Below, piece by piece: positions 1-12,599 of a stretch of DNA of 64,000 nucleotides. The position numbers and the translations under genes are program-made. This DNA is from Octopus sinensis (taxonomy: Eukaryota), in the NCBI RefSeq assembly GCF_006345805.1, contig NC_043000.1, forward strand, positions 60,140,001-60,204,000, written 5' to 3'. The notes below the pieces were generated by a model that saw only the letters and a program-made list of their open reading frames with translations, was not told where the DNA came from and ran no database searches. Position 1 is the first letter of the stretch. The number at the start of each line of letters is the position of its first letter.

Positions 1-722
1 ACTTGTAACATTATCTCAGGGGGACGAGAAATAATAGTAATTCAAGTACTACATAATAGGCTAACAATTTGAAGTAAAATTGGTGAAAACTTCACCACAA
101 ATTTATATCTAGTTTAACTTTTTAAGTTCCATACATAAATGTTAGACTGACATCTCTGAATACTTTACTTTCTAAATAATTATATTTTCCTATGCCAATA
201 AATGGTAGATTTACTTAATGCTTTTTTCATCTCTGCTCTTGGGAGAGAGTATAGTGAAGGTAATGCTTTGCTAGTGAGGTTACACTAAGATCAAAAGATG
301 TCCAGAGTTGTCAAATGTACTTGCCAGAAGAAATGAAAATAATATTAGGTGGCATCGACTAGTATTGTTACTTTTGCACTTTTATTTCAAGTTCGCTTTT
401 AAATACTCCATGTCCAGGAATGCTAGCTGATTGTCTTCTTTCTTCCTTTTCCACTAACTAATGTTAGTTTTTCATTCTTTCCCCAACTCAACCAAATACT
501 CTTACATAAACATTCATACAGAGAGCAAAGAATACTTTTGAGTTTGTGCTATCTATAAGGGAAATGGAAGAGAATGTCGTAATAAAATATCAAAGGTCTA
601 TCTCCAACAAAATAATAGCAGGAAAGAAAATATCTCCCCTTTTTGTCAGATTTAATATTACCAAATCTTTTGATGTCTAGTTATTAAGAAAGCTAAGCTA
701 AAGCTTCTTGTATGAAGTTGGA

Positions 723-773
<51 letters not shown>
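723..773. repeat. Compound (TA)n(CA)n microsatellite
   Basis: Read directly from the sequence. Confidence 0.95.
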
Positions 774-929
774 TATGCATATATATAATGTCTTTTAAAG
801 AAATTTACTCAAACTGGTGAGATTTTGATTTGTAAGGATACAATTAAACGTCTGTTGTCAGAAATAGTGAATATTTTCACACTTTTAGTTCCCGATTCGG
901 AATAATGTCTGACTTTTTCCTATCATTAA

Positions 930-1124
930 TATATTTTCATCCTTTTGGGGGTCAATAAAGTTGAGCACTGTGGTTGATGTACATTATTTACATTTGACAG
1001 ATATTTGTCCTCATCTTGTTTGTTGTTAACACAATGTTTCAGCTGATATACCCCCCAGCCTTCGTCAGGTGTCTTGGGGAAATTTTGAACCTGGGTTCTC
1101 ATTCCTAAGGTATTTTTCGATGTT
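930..1124 (-). mobile_element. Penelope-like element terminal (pLTR/3') segment, inverted relative to the adjacent RT fragment
   Basis: Carries a minimal hammerhead motif on the minus strand and abuts the 5'-truncated Penelope-type RT at ~1125. Inverted terminal segments are a known PLE architecture. Boundaries are approximate. Confidence 0.6.
1028..1073 (-). ncRNA. Degenerate minimal type I hammerhead ribozyme (Penelope-type)
   Basis: Minus strand reads GACAC-CTGACGA-A-GGCTG-gggggtatat-CAGCT-GAAA-CATT-GTGTT. Stem I GACAC/GTGTT, core CUGANGA and GAAA, stem II GGCUG/CAGCU, vestigial stem III. Confidence 0.65.
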
Positions 1125-2212
1125 ACAGAGGTGATGAACAAGTCTGTTTACTTGGAAAAATTGGCAAGTCTTATAAGTGATGGTAGCTACAGCAAAGAAA
1201 AGAAAGACCCAACTCTGAAAACAGAGAGGAAGTTGTCACAGATCTTGATCAAGAACAAGGATCACTTTACACCAATAAAGTACAGACAACTGACTCAACA
1301 CTACAGTAAACTACCACACATGTAGAGGGTCTCTAAGATTCACAGGGACGGTATTCCACTAAGACCTATAGTGAGCTGTAGAGGTTCAGCATGTCATCCA
1401 CTGAGCCGCTTCCTTGTTGATATAATCAGTCCATTAGCAGGAAAGTCAACATCATTTGTAAAGAATTCCACCTGCTACACAGAATTGATCAAGGATACTG
1501 CCATTGAATCTAACCAGATGGTAAGTCTAGGTGTGATAAGTCTGTTCACCAGAGTCCCAACTGGTGAAGCACTATTGGTGATTCAAGAGAAACTAGTGAC
1601 AGACACCCATCTAAAAGAACGCACTAGTATACCAATAAGAAACTTGATGGAAAAGTTGACCTTCTGTGTAGAAACTACCTACTTCAGTATGGACACTGAT
1701 ATATATCGACAAGAAAAGAGTTTAGCTATGGGTTTGCCATTATCACCGATAATAGCCAATATATTTATGGAATACTTTAATAGTTTGGCTTTAGGATCAA
1801 CACCACTAAAACCAACCCTATGGCTGTGATATGTTGATGACACCTTTATACTCTGGTCCCACTAGGAAGGAACTCAATAAAGCCATCCATACAGTTCACA
1901 ATGGAAAAGGAAGAAGACAATCAGCTAGCATTCCTGGACATTTTAATAACATGCACCAAGTATGGATTCAGGACATCCGTATACCACAAGCCAACCTTCA
2001 CTGGACGATACTTCAATTCCCACCATCCATATAGTGTAAAGAGAGGGATTGCTCAGTGCCTAAAACATTGAGCAAAGAATATAAGTAGTGATCATGATAC
2101 CCACCACGAAGAACTGATCAAACTCAGTAGCAATCTATTAAGCAAAAACTACCCCAAAAACATACTATCCACTCCAATTATGAAGAAAAGAGAAGATGAA
2201 ACTAATAAACTT
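1125..2212 (+). mobile_element. Penelope-like retroelement reverse transcriptase fragment, inactivated
   Basis: Conceptual translation gives VMNKSVYLEK, KIHRDGIPLRPIVS, SLGVISLFTRVP, YRQEKSLAMGLPLSPIIANIFME, WL*YVDDTFILW (YVDD at 1830-1841), FTMEKEEDNQLAFLDI and VYHKPTFTGRY. These are typical PLE RT and thumb motifs. Stops at 1323 and 1827 plus a frameshift/deletion near 1860. Confidence 0.9.
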
Positions 2213-3860
2213 CTCCTCCCCCCAAATTACTGGTTTTGTGCAAAAAAATAAATTATTTAAATTTTTTTTCTACTGTTTCACATCTAGTAATTATATATTT
2301 ATTGTTAATATGGTGAAGCATAGAGTGAATGTCCAAATCTAGTTCGATATTATTTTTTTAATGTTGCTTTGCCTGCACATTGCTAAAGGAGATGGAGAAT
2401 TACATCATTTATAAATTTAAACCTTTTTCAAAATAATGTATAAACAATGAGCATACAGGGAAAATACAATGAAATAGCCACAAAACTGGCCATGTCTAGT
2501 AACATATAAATTTTTTCACCAGGTGAATTCATTCAAATTGTTGAGGTTTTACTCGCTAAAGATAAAGCCAACATCTGTTGTGCAGCAGAACTATTCAACC
2601 ACTAAGCCAATTCCCATCTCTAGCCAACAGCCATAATTCTGTTATGCAAGAGACCTTGGTTTACATCCTTATCTAGAAAAATTTTATCAATTTGAAAGAA
2701 TTTCCCACCAAAGAACATTTAAATGTTATTAAACTCATCCAACTTGGTGAATGAAAGTTTCACTAATCACTCCTCTCTCTTTCATTTCATATTACTTATA
2801 AACTATTGTCTAAACACAATTTTTGAAAAACTTATCAGACCTAAATTCACTCACAATATATAATCTTTTACCAGACATATTGATATATAAAGTTATAAAA
2901 GCATGCATCAGATGAAGGATAATAGACCAAAAAAAAAAAAAGAAAAGCAAAATATTAGAATACACAACTTCATCTAGATCTGAACTTTGAGTCTAAACAA
3001 TGAAGAATGATGCAGACTATGAGAAAAATAAAGTATTTTCATAAAGACAATACAGAATACTAAACTTTAATTCAAATCCTTCACGTTATATTTTGCACTG
3101 AGCACTGGATAAATGTATAAAACAGCAGAAGAGAAATGAAATGCCATTTGAATGATCCAAAAATACTATAGCTGGAATATAATTGTACTTGAAAGCTTTG
3201 GTTTCATAGAACATAAACTGAATAATACAGTTGTCACCGAAGTATGAGTTTAGTGAATTGCCAAATATTCTATGAGAGTTTGATAAACATAAAAATATTC
3301 TTAGTGTATGACATAAAGATTAACATGAACAAAGTTCTATATTTATGAAGCACTCATAGAAATCTCTCTGCACATGGCTATATCTGTGCATATGCTTTGC
3401 TTCTCAGTCTGTCACATATGCATGCACACACATACTTGTTGTTGTATGAGAGAGAGAAGGAGAGGGAGAAATGATACTGTGCAGCATGTGTATGAGAGAT
3501 ATAAAAAATATTCACAATATTTTGCACCAAATCCTATCATTAGAACAAGTTTAGGGAGTCTAAAAGGATGCAAACAGCTGGGAAAATTGAGATAGTATTT
3601 TTTGTTGTTTTTTTTTGTTATAAAACTGACGAAGAGCACTTTAAAAGTTTTGGTTTGTTAATAACAAACATACATGTAAATTTATTTATAAAATAGTTGA
3701 AGAAACTACTAAACTTTTATGATTACAAAAAAAAATGAAGGAAAATAGATAATTATTATTATAACATATTGTTATTTCTCATATTATCATTATGTATTTC
3801 TATACAATTCCAGGTTGTGAACCTATTCAATTTTAACAGTTGGGGGTTTTTGTTTACCCC

Positions 3861-4001
3861 CTAGGCAAATTGATCAATGAACCAAATGCATTCCAGCCAT
3901 GACCATCCGATAGTTTTAGAGGTATCTAGCAGCACATTATCTAGTGTAAACTTCTGATTTAAGATTACAAAGTTTGAGAGATATTTGGTTGCTATTTCTA
4001 A
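3861..4001 (-). mobile_element. Interspersed repeat family C (agaaatagcagccaaatct...ggatggtcacggctggaatg, (AAC)n-tailed), degenerate copy
   Basis: The same motif series recurs at ~15720-15900(+), 17215-17410(-), 20190-20330(+), 24950-25080(+), 27890-28000(-), 31209-31302(+), 32499-32630(+), 37100-37230(+), 38950-39110(+) and 49940-50110(+). Confidence 0.75.
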
Positions 4002-4457
4002 GAGATTCAGTAATCACATAAGTATTCTATAGTTGGAATGTTAAATTTTGTAGTTAAAAAGACAGGTAGTTTCACACATTCAGAGTGTAATGAAACGTGG
4101 ATATGATTAAGTAAACAATCTTTTTCCTTATTGAAATATATTTTTATATTTGTAATAATGTAACTGTTAAAAAAAATGTCTTTTATTTGAAATAATTTAT
4201 TATTAAATATTGTCTAAAATTTCCAAGAAGAGAGAAAAATTCATACTACATGCGTATCATCATTTTACATCTGCTTTTCATAATGGTGTGGGTTGGATGG
4301 CTCATTACATTCTCAGTCAGTTCTTATTCAAAGTTACTGCTCTTCTAGAGAGGTCAGATGGCCATGTTTTGCTTTCATATTACAATTTTTGGCATGGTTT
4401 CTATGGTTGAATGTCTTTCCTTAATATCAATGATTTTACCACATTAGAGAGTGTACT

Positions 4458-4493
<36 letters not shown>

Positions 4494-5484
4494 TCAAAGA
4501 GTGAGAAAAGCATACATCTTAGTGCATATAATTCTATTATTATTTTTTATCATTATCACAGTAGCCATGTACAATATCATTTCAACCTGTTTTGTAATCT
4601 TCAGCACAGCATAACTTGAGATTTTCAAATTATTTTATCTAAGATCATTTGTAATATTTTGATTTTAGGGGGGGAAAAAAGTCATTTTAGCATATATTTT
4701 TAAAAGTATTTTATCCATAGGTCAGTCTGAAGGAGTCCAATTTGAAGAATTTTTAGAATATATGAAAGAGGAAAGTTTAAAGTCTCACAATAGGGAAACA
4801 CTTCAACCCTCGGATGATCTGTTGGTCTATCACTTATGTTAGAAAGCAAACAAGGCTGATCACCCCAATAACAGAATGTATAAGTAATCTGTACATTGTT
4901 TGTTAGATTCAGATTGTTCTTTAAAATGAATTTTGAAACAAGAAACTTATTGTAACTTAGAAACAAAAAGCTATAATCATCAATAAGATTCATCTCCAAA
5001 GAGTTAGCAAAACAATTCATTGCTGTAATTATACCTTACAAAATAAACAGTCTACAGTAAGTATAAGATAACAATTATAACTTCAGAATTATGAATGTTG
5101 CTATCAAAAGGAAGTGATTGATGCTGCAGGATAACTCTACATAAAGCTAAGTCAGTCAATGGCCAGATCATAAACGCAAGCTCAATAATGGAAAATATTC
5201 TTGACAAGGGTATTAGTATTATTTTGTTATATATTTTTTCACTATGTACCACCATATCACAGTAAAGGAAATAAAGTACTTCAGCAAATGTTCGAAAATT
5301 AAATATATATGTATGATAGTAATGTATATATTCAGAATGTACTAGATGAATTATACATGAGTATATATAAAATCAAGTTTACTTTGCTATAATGTACAAC
5401 ACACACTTGCACTCACACATATATACACACACATGTATAACTTCTCAACACCTTGTATAAAGTCACCTCCCTTTCTGCTATACT

Positions 5485-5705
5485 TCCTCTCAGGTGAGGA
5501 CATTTTGTCTTGTGAGTTACATGGCAACATCACTGATGTTGGCACCAAAACCAGAGCACCCAGTACACTCTGTAATGTGGTTGGTATTAGGAAGAACATC
5601 CAACAGTAGAAACCATACCAATGATCCTCCAATCCATTGGATCTTATTGTATCATCCAATGTATGCCAGCAAGGAAGGCAAATGCGGAGGGATGCTAATG
5701 ATCAC
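5485..5705 (+). mobile_element. Short repeat sharing the RTE 3' tail sequence
   Basis: agcacccagtacactctgtaatgtggttggtattaggaagaacatccaacagtagaaacc matches the reverse complement of the RTE 3' end at 6500-6580, followed by a degenerate gat-type tail. Confidence 0.7.
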
Positions 5706-6397
5706 ACATACACACATGTATACATATGTTTATGGTAGATCATTTTAAAGCTATCAGCTATTTTTCAACTTATCTCTACTTTCATAGTATTTAAAACTCC
5801 ATGTACCTTATCAGCATTTTCCCTAGTGGAAAAAATTATAAATATTTTCTTCCCATCTTGCTAGTTCATTATATAAACTACTGCGGACAGCTTCAAAGAT
5901 AATGAGGTAATAAGGAGATGCAGGGAGATGTACAAAATTTTCCTTATATGCAATTCAAATGACTTAATAAATAAAAGAAAATGAGATAAGGTTCTAAGAA
6001 AAGCTACACTGAGTCACAATTGCTTACTCCACATAAGGATGTCATTGATAGGTATTTATTTTGATAAAAATCTTCCCATTACAAATGTACATTAGAAATA
6101 GTGTTTTTTTTCACCATCAATTCTATCCATCATATGGTAAGAATTTCATACTTCTCCCTTTCTTTTTGAAAGATTTGAAATTACTATTGGTTGGATTTCT
6201 ATTACACAATGAATATTCAAATCTTGTAAATAAATCATATTTTTTGTGCATGTGTGTGAGTGCATCTGTATCATGGCTTTAGAGTAAGAATTCATTCTTG
6301 CATATTAAAAGAGATGACTGTTACTTTCTGTTCCCTCTTTTATACTTTTTTGATGAGATGTAGTGCACCTGAGCACTGTATCCAATAAATGCATTAT

Positions 6398-7452
6398 CAT
6401 CATCATCATTTAGCGTCCGTTTTCCATGCTAGCATGGGTTGGATGGTTCAACTGGGGTCTGTGAAGCTGGAAGGCTTCATCAGGCCCAGTCAGATCTGGC
6501 AGTGTTTCTATGGCTGGATGCCCTTCCTAACGCCAACCACTCCGTGAGTGTAGTGGGTGCTTTTTACGTGCCACCTGCATAGGTGCCAGACGGAGCTGGC
6601 AAACGGCCACGAACGGATGGTGCTTTTACGTGCCACCGGCATGGGGGCCAGGCAAGGCTGACAACAGACACGAACGGATGGTGCTTTTACGTGCCACCAG
6701 CACAGGGGCCAGGCGAGGCTGGCTACGGACACGAGCGGATGGTGCTTTTACGTGCCACCGGCACGGAGGCCAGACGGGGCGGCGCCGGCAATGACCACGA
6801 TCGGATGGTTCGTTTAACCACAGCTGCAATTTCCACTATGTTGATCGACCTCAATTTTGGTTCTGCTTTCTGATATCTGATTTGATTTGGTTTGATTTTC
6901 ATTTTGATTTTGACTGTTCTCACTGGTCTTGCCGGGTCTTCTCACGCACAGCATACTTCCATAGGTCTCGGTCTCTAGTCATTTCCTTGGTGAGACCTAA
7001 AGTTCGAAGGTCGTGCTTCACCACCTCGTCCCAGGTTTTCCTGGGTCTACCTCTTTCACAGGTCCCCTCAACCTCCAGGGTGTGGCACTTTTTCACACAC
7101 CTATCTTCATCCATTCTCGCCACATGACCATCCCAGTGCAATCGTCTCTCTTGCACACAACAACTGATGCTTCTTAGGTCCAACTTTTCTCTCAAGGTAC
7201 TTACACTCTGTCGATTATGAACACTGACATTACACATCCAACGGAGCATACTAGCTTCATTTCTTGCAAGCTTACGCAAATCCTCAGCAGTCACAGCCCA
7301 AGTTTCACTACCATGTAGCATGGCTGTACGTACACATGCATCATACAGTCTGCCTTTTACTTTGAGCAAGAGGCCTTTTGTCACCAGCAGGGGTAAGAGC
7401 TCTCTAAACTTTGCCCAGGCTATTCTTACTCTAGCAGTTACACTTTCAATAT
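6398..7452 (-). mobile_element. 5'-truncated RTE-clade LINE (ORF2 C-terminus, 3' UTR, (GAT)n tail)
   Basis: ORF 6920-7452 reads ARVRIAWAKFRELLPLL..KVKGRLYDACVRTAMLHGSETW..EASMLRWMC..RRLHWDGHVARMDEDRCVKK..GRPRKTW, the typical RTE C-terminal domain. catcatcat tail at ~6398-6408. Possible TSD cattat at 6392-6397 and 7453-7458. Confidence 0.92.
6557..6807. repeat. Four ~61-66 bp GC-rich tandem units inside the RTE 3' UTR
   Basis: gtgcttttacgtgccacc recurs at 6557, 6620, 6681 and 6742. Confidence 0.95.
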
Positions 7453-7828
7453 CATTATTATTTAAAATGATTAGTGGCAGGAAGGGCATCCAATTGAAAA
7501 CAACTGCTTCAGAAAAAACATCCAATTCATGACAACATAGAAGGAGTTAGTAAAATGATGGTGATCTTTTATGTGTGTGTGTGCAAGAGAAGGAGAGAGA
7601 ATGAGTGAGTGAGTGAGTGAGTGAGTAGGTGAGTGTGGAGAAAAAAAAGCAAATGACAATGGGTATTGGTTCAATGCTTAAAAAAATCAAAATTGTAATA
7701 TGTCTAACATTTGAAATTTAAGTCCTTCATATGAAAAGAAGGGAATGAGTACAAGAAGAAAAGAGAAAGCAGAATTGGAAAGAAAAATGCAAATAAAAAA
7801 AAAAACAAGAGTCCTGAAAAGTTATGTT

Positions 7829-7831
<3 letters not shown>

Positions 7832-7889
<58 letters not shown>
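7832..7889. repeat. (TA)n microsatellite
   Basis: Read directly from the sequence. Confidence 0.97.
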
Positions 7890-7895
<6 letters not shown>

Positions 7896-8006
7896 ATATA
7901 TATAATTTGTGCAACAAAACATATTTTGTTATGCCTGTGGCTCATCAGAAACTGAAGAGCTTATTCACTTTCAGATTTATTTTTCATCGAAAACTTTATT
8001 CGAATA

Positions 8007-8142
8007 GCAGGAATGGCTGTGTGGTAAGTAGCTTGCTTACCAACCATATGGTTCTGGGTTCAGTCCCACTGCGTGGCACGTTGGGCAAGTGTCTTCTACT
8101 ATAGCCTTGGGCCGACCAAAGCCTTGTGAGTGGATTTGGTAG
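8007..8142 (+). mobile_element. tRNA-derived SINE family A, 5' head only
   Basis: A-box-like tggctgtgtggtaag and B-box-like ggttcagtccc, followed by gggcaagtgtcttctactatagcc..gccttgtgagtggatttggtag, shared with many copies in the window. Confidence 0.88.
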
Positions 8143-9835
8143 CCCCTCCAGTTGTCAACCATAACTTGTTTCCAAGTAAAGTAGTATTAGAAAAAACAAT
8201 TTAAATGTGAAGTTGGATACCTGAGCTATAATAAAAGTAGAACAAAATAAGTGATAGATAAAAGGAAGGTTTTAGGAAGTTGAAACGGTAACTGAAACTG
8301 TAACAGAAAAGCAAATACATCAATGATAATAATTATGATTAAAATGATTATGAAAATGATGAAGAACTAGAATTGATCTCGTTAAATCAATAGCTAGCAA
8401 CCAATTAAATTAGAAGCATGGTTGGAAATTTTCCAAATGATTAAAAGGTTCTATTACCAGTGTGAAACAGACAAAGTGGCAGAAGCACTTTGATATTTAT
8501 ATGGAAATAGTAACTTAGAGATTACTATAAATGATCTAGCACAGCAGGACAACAGCCATCTAACTTCCATGATATATAAAATGATAACTACTCCAAAATA
8601 AACACTACATTCAGACAGATCAAAATGTCATTGGTCAACAATTGATTAGATAAGAAACAATACACTGATATATTTGGTCAGGTGCCTTCATCTTGTAACA
8701 ACAAAGTTGAGGATACTAGTCTGAATACATTGAAGCATCATCCAGATCACCAATTTGTTTTTTTTTTAATCTGCTTTTTCCATCCTACCATGGGTTGAGT
8801 GAGACTTCTTATGGTAGTATTCTTTATACCAACCCATTCTTCTTTTACAAGCAAGGGGCTTATTTCCTACATATTTGCATTTCAAACCACTGACAGATGT
8901 ATTGTTTGTTTGTTTATTAGAGAGATAATATTACCACTAAAACTGTACCATATGCACAGAAGCATAATGACACATACACACACACTCCCTCTCTCCAAAT
9001 TTCATTCACAAGCATTAGTAAGCTGAAGGCTTTTGTAGAAGACACTCGCTCAGAGTGCCATGTAGTGGAATCAGACCTAAAAACACCAGGCTGCAAAGAA
9101 AATTTCATAACTACATAAACATGCTTATATCTAAAAATGTATGATAATGGTTACTTCTCATCACAAAAATTCAGACAAAACAGATGAATAATCATCCCTT
9201 CTGAACAACCTGAAGTAATTCTGTAACTTAAAATCCAGAAAATTATGAGCTTTTAAATAAAGTAAAAATAGTAGATAAAATCAAAATAGAGAAATTTATG
9301 TCAGAAAAGCAAAGAGAATATTCCCAGTATAAATATTAAGAGAGAGAGAGAGGAGGGTAAGTTCCTAAAAGAGACAAATGTGTACTCAGCATCTGTCTTC
9401 TAACTTGGTAAGCATGGGGATGCATAAAATATTTAGTATCATACAGGGAGTTCTAGAGTAATAACATCGGGACAGTTTGCATGTTAGCTCTATATATATA
9501 AGCATTATAACATTTATGTATATACAACATGTGTCAGTATACTTTAACGGTAAGTATTTGAAACTCAGTAGAAGACTTTTTAGTGGGTTAAACAGATTAA
9601 AACACAAAAATTTAAAACCATTTATAAAAATACAAACAAAAATGGAACCTAAACAAGAAAATGGCATTTTATGCTGTGTAAGTCTGGCAACCATATGATT
9701 CTTGAGACAATAGAAATGTTTCGTTTATTTTGTTTTCTTTAAAATATGAGTCTGAAAAAAAGTCATCCCAGATTCCTAAACATCAATCCCCAACCCATCC
9801 CCTAAAAAAGAAGAAAAATATCTAATTCCTCTGAC

Positions 9836-9987
9836 CTAGTCTACATTCACTGTAAGACTGTGGGAAAGAATTTTCATTACAACTTCACAGAATGGATAAG
9901 GCTGACTGACAAATGCAGCAAAGCATGCTATCTGTTTAGAAGCACGACATAAAGCAGGCATTGTTGACACAGGAGCCAAAAGAGAAT
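9836..9987 (-). CDS. Candidate terminal exon (phase 1) of the minus-strand gene
   Basis: Very long polypyrimidine tract ending tcttctttag at 9988. Open frame DSLLAPVSTMPALCRASKQIACFAAFVSQPYPFCEVVMKILSHSLTVNVD*. No homology recognised. Confidence 0.2.
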
Positions 9988-11245
9988 CTAAAGAAGAGAC
10001 AGCAGTTAAAACAAAATAAAAAAAACAAAGAAATAAAGTAAAATATTTCATCATTCTTAAGAAAACAAGAATATTTCTTCTAGAATCTTAAACTGAAATG
10101 TTGAATGTAATATTTATAAAATGAAATGTTTTATTGTAAAAAAAAAAAACCACAGCTAAAAATAACAAATGAAAAGAATTTAAGAAAGGTTAAGTTCAAG
10201 AATCAAAATAGAAATGTAGAACAGTCATCTAAATTTACGATTACTTTTTGCTATATAACTACATAAACCAATGTAAAAAAATATAAATTCTGATAAGGTT
10301 AAGTTTCATTGAAAACTAACCTGCCTTAAACATTTAATTTCTTCAGAAAGCAAAGATAATATGTGTACTTGTCATATAACTTAATTGGTTATTTGGAATG
10401 AAGCTTAAGTAGATAGAATTGCAAAAGGAAATGACAGTATATTCATTCACCATGTTAACTCTGTTTCTGAAGTTCAATTATTTTCCCTGTGTCATTAAAA
10501 GAAAAAGAAAATTTATAAGGTCTTTGAGGAGGAAGATAACTGTATGAAATAAAAATTTATAGAGTTTAACAAAAATGGTCTGAGACAGCTGAATTGAGGA
10601 TATTTTACTAACTAATTTAATCTAATCCATTACATTCCAGAATGAGAAATTATTTCAAAACTTCATCATCATGGTAAACCTATCTTTAGTTACTAAAGTT
10701 CAGCATCTTACAAAACAGAGTGCAGTACAATTTATATGGTTTTCATTTTAATAATAAAAATGAATGATTTTAAAATGTTTAACATGGAAAATACAATATG
10801 GAGAAAATTGCAAAATACCAATAAAGTAGCTTTAGTAATCAGTTATTTCTAATTATTTAGATCGTTAGAAGCTGAAGAAGAAAACTCTTATAAAACATAA
10901 TTTATCAACTAGCTTAAAATACCTAGAAACACACACACATGTGATAAGATACAAAACTAAAAAAAATTATATTCTTGCATTTAACTTAATTCTTTTATAA
11001 TTAAATACATGAAAAGAATTTTCATCACTCAGAAACAGAATTGAAAACCATATAAATAAAATTAAATCTTACTTAAAAAAGAAAACAGGAAAATAACTTT
11101 ATTATAGACAATAACTCTAAATGCATCAAACTTAATCAAAACCAAAACAAAAAAACTACTTTATTAAAATACACGTGTGACTAGTAATAATATTTATCAC
11201 ACCCTCATCAAATCATTTCTTAAATCACCGCCCCGCTACACATAC

Positions 11246-11368
11246 CTGTCTTAGATGTATTTATTAATCTATAAATTATGGTAGTAAAATGCCCAAGTGG
11301 ATAAATGATATTGCATTTGCCAACTGAAACTTCCAGCCAATATTTCATTGGGTTTTTGAGCATGACAC
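11246..11368 (-). CDS. Candidate 123-nt symmetric (phase 1-1) exon
   Basis: Acceptor aatttttag and strong donor CAG|GTATGT. Open frame VMLKNPMKYWLEVSVGKCNIIYPLGHFTTIIYRLINTSKT. No homology recognised. Confidence 0.25.
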
Positions 11369-11580
11369 CTAAAAATTTATCTCAATTCACTTGCTGCCAG
11401 AAATAGATATCATTCACACACCCTGAGTACAATCATAGATTTGTGTCTAGGCAATAAGAAACTACTACACAGTATATTTATACACAGAAAGCCTATAGAT
11501 GCTTTTGCTAAGAGAAGCCATCTACAACACAATGGCATCTACAACACAAAGGCTTCTGACAAAAGATTAACATAATTTGG

Positions 11581-11715
11581 CCACAGGCACAGCTGTGTAG
11601 TTAAGGTGTTTGCTATGCAACCACATGTTTCCAGATTCAGTCATACTAAACAATACTTTGCATAAGGGTCTTCTTCCAAAGCCTGGCTTTGTGGGTGAAA
11701 TTTGCTGGAATGAGC
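11581..11715 (+). mobile_element. SINE family A, degenerate head
   Basis: gcacagctgtgtagttaagg..caaccacatgtttccagattcagtc resembles the family A head. Confidence 0.6.
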
Positions 11716-12599
11716 ACATTCACAGCAACACAATAACACATATTGATATATATATGTATCATTTAACAGTGTATCTCAAAATGAAAACAGTTATAAATAA
11801 TAGTTACATCTGCTTCAAGATCTACATATATTTTTCCTCAGAACTAACTCCTAATGGGGTCATAGTAACATCATCATGACAGTTATTTAAACCTGATGAA
11901 GCCCATCACACACTAGGTTTGAACATGGCTATTTTTTTTTCAAAGAGAAAGAGAGATAGACAGAGAAAGTGAGATAGAAAGTGAGTATAAGAGTTGATCC
12001 CACTATTAGATTACTATTTTGTTGGCCTAAAAGGATGTAAGACAAAGTTGACCAAGACAGGATTTCAACTCAACAAGTAGAAAACTGGAATGAATATTTT
12101 AAGGTATTCTATCCTGCACTATAATGACTCATCTTATATTCATTTTCTATGTTGGCATATTTGGAACAGTTCAACAAGCTGAAGGACCACTTCTTGCTCC
12201 AGTATCTCAGCTTTGGTATGGTTGCTACAGTTTGAAGCTCTTCCTAGAAACATTTAATTTACGAAATGTACTGGGAGAATATTTTTCATACATTTTTCAT
12301 AGCCCCAGTACTACAGCCTCACTCTAGCAAAGCCACAGAGACTTCTCAAACCCTGCTTTATTGCTGCTCTATTTGATTTACCAGCTACTTACAGAGAGCA
12401 TTGGTGTTTTTTTTTTCATGGCACCAGTACAAGTGGGGTTGTTTTGTAGCTCAAAGGGTAAAAGAGGAGTTAAAATATTATGGAGGAAGCAAATTCATTG
12501 TTATGAGAGAGTTGTAATAGAGACAAGAGGTAGCAGAATCATTGCTTTATCTAGAGATTACAACTAGATCCAGATTTCTGATGAACAATGTTAAAATTT

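Noticed and set aside
6608-6807. CRISPR-like 30-nt repeats with 31-36 nt spacers
   Set aside because: The spacers are related to each other, the array sits inside an RTE 3' UTR in eukaryotic DNA, and there are no cas genes.
6508-7532. Overlapping short ORFs around the RTE element
   Set aside because: They are alternative or antisense frames of the GC-rich UTR repeats and ORF2 remnant.
8007-8090. tRNA gene-like A and B boxes (also at 35700-35780, 40183-40260 and others)
   Set aside because: They continue into SINE body sequence and no full cloverleaf is evident, so they are SINE heads rather than tRNA genes.
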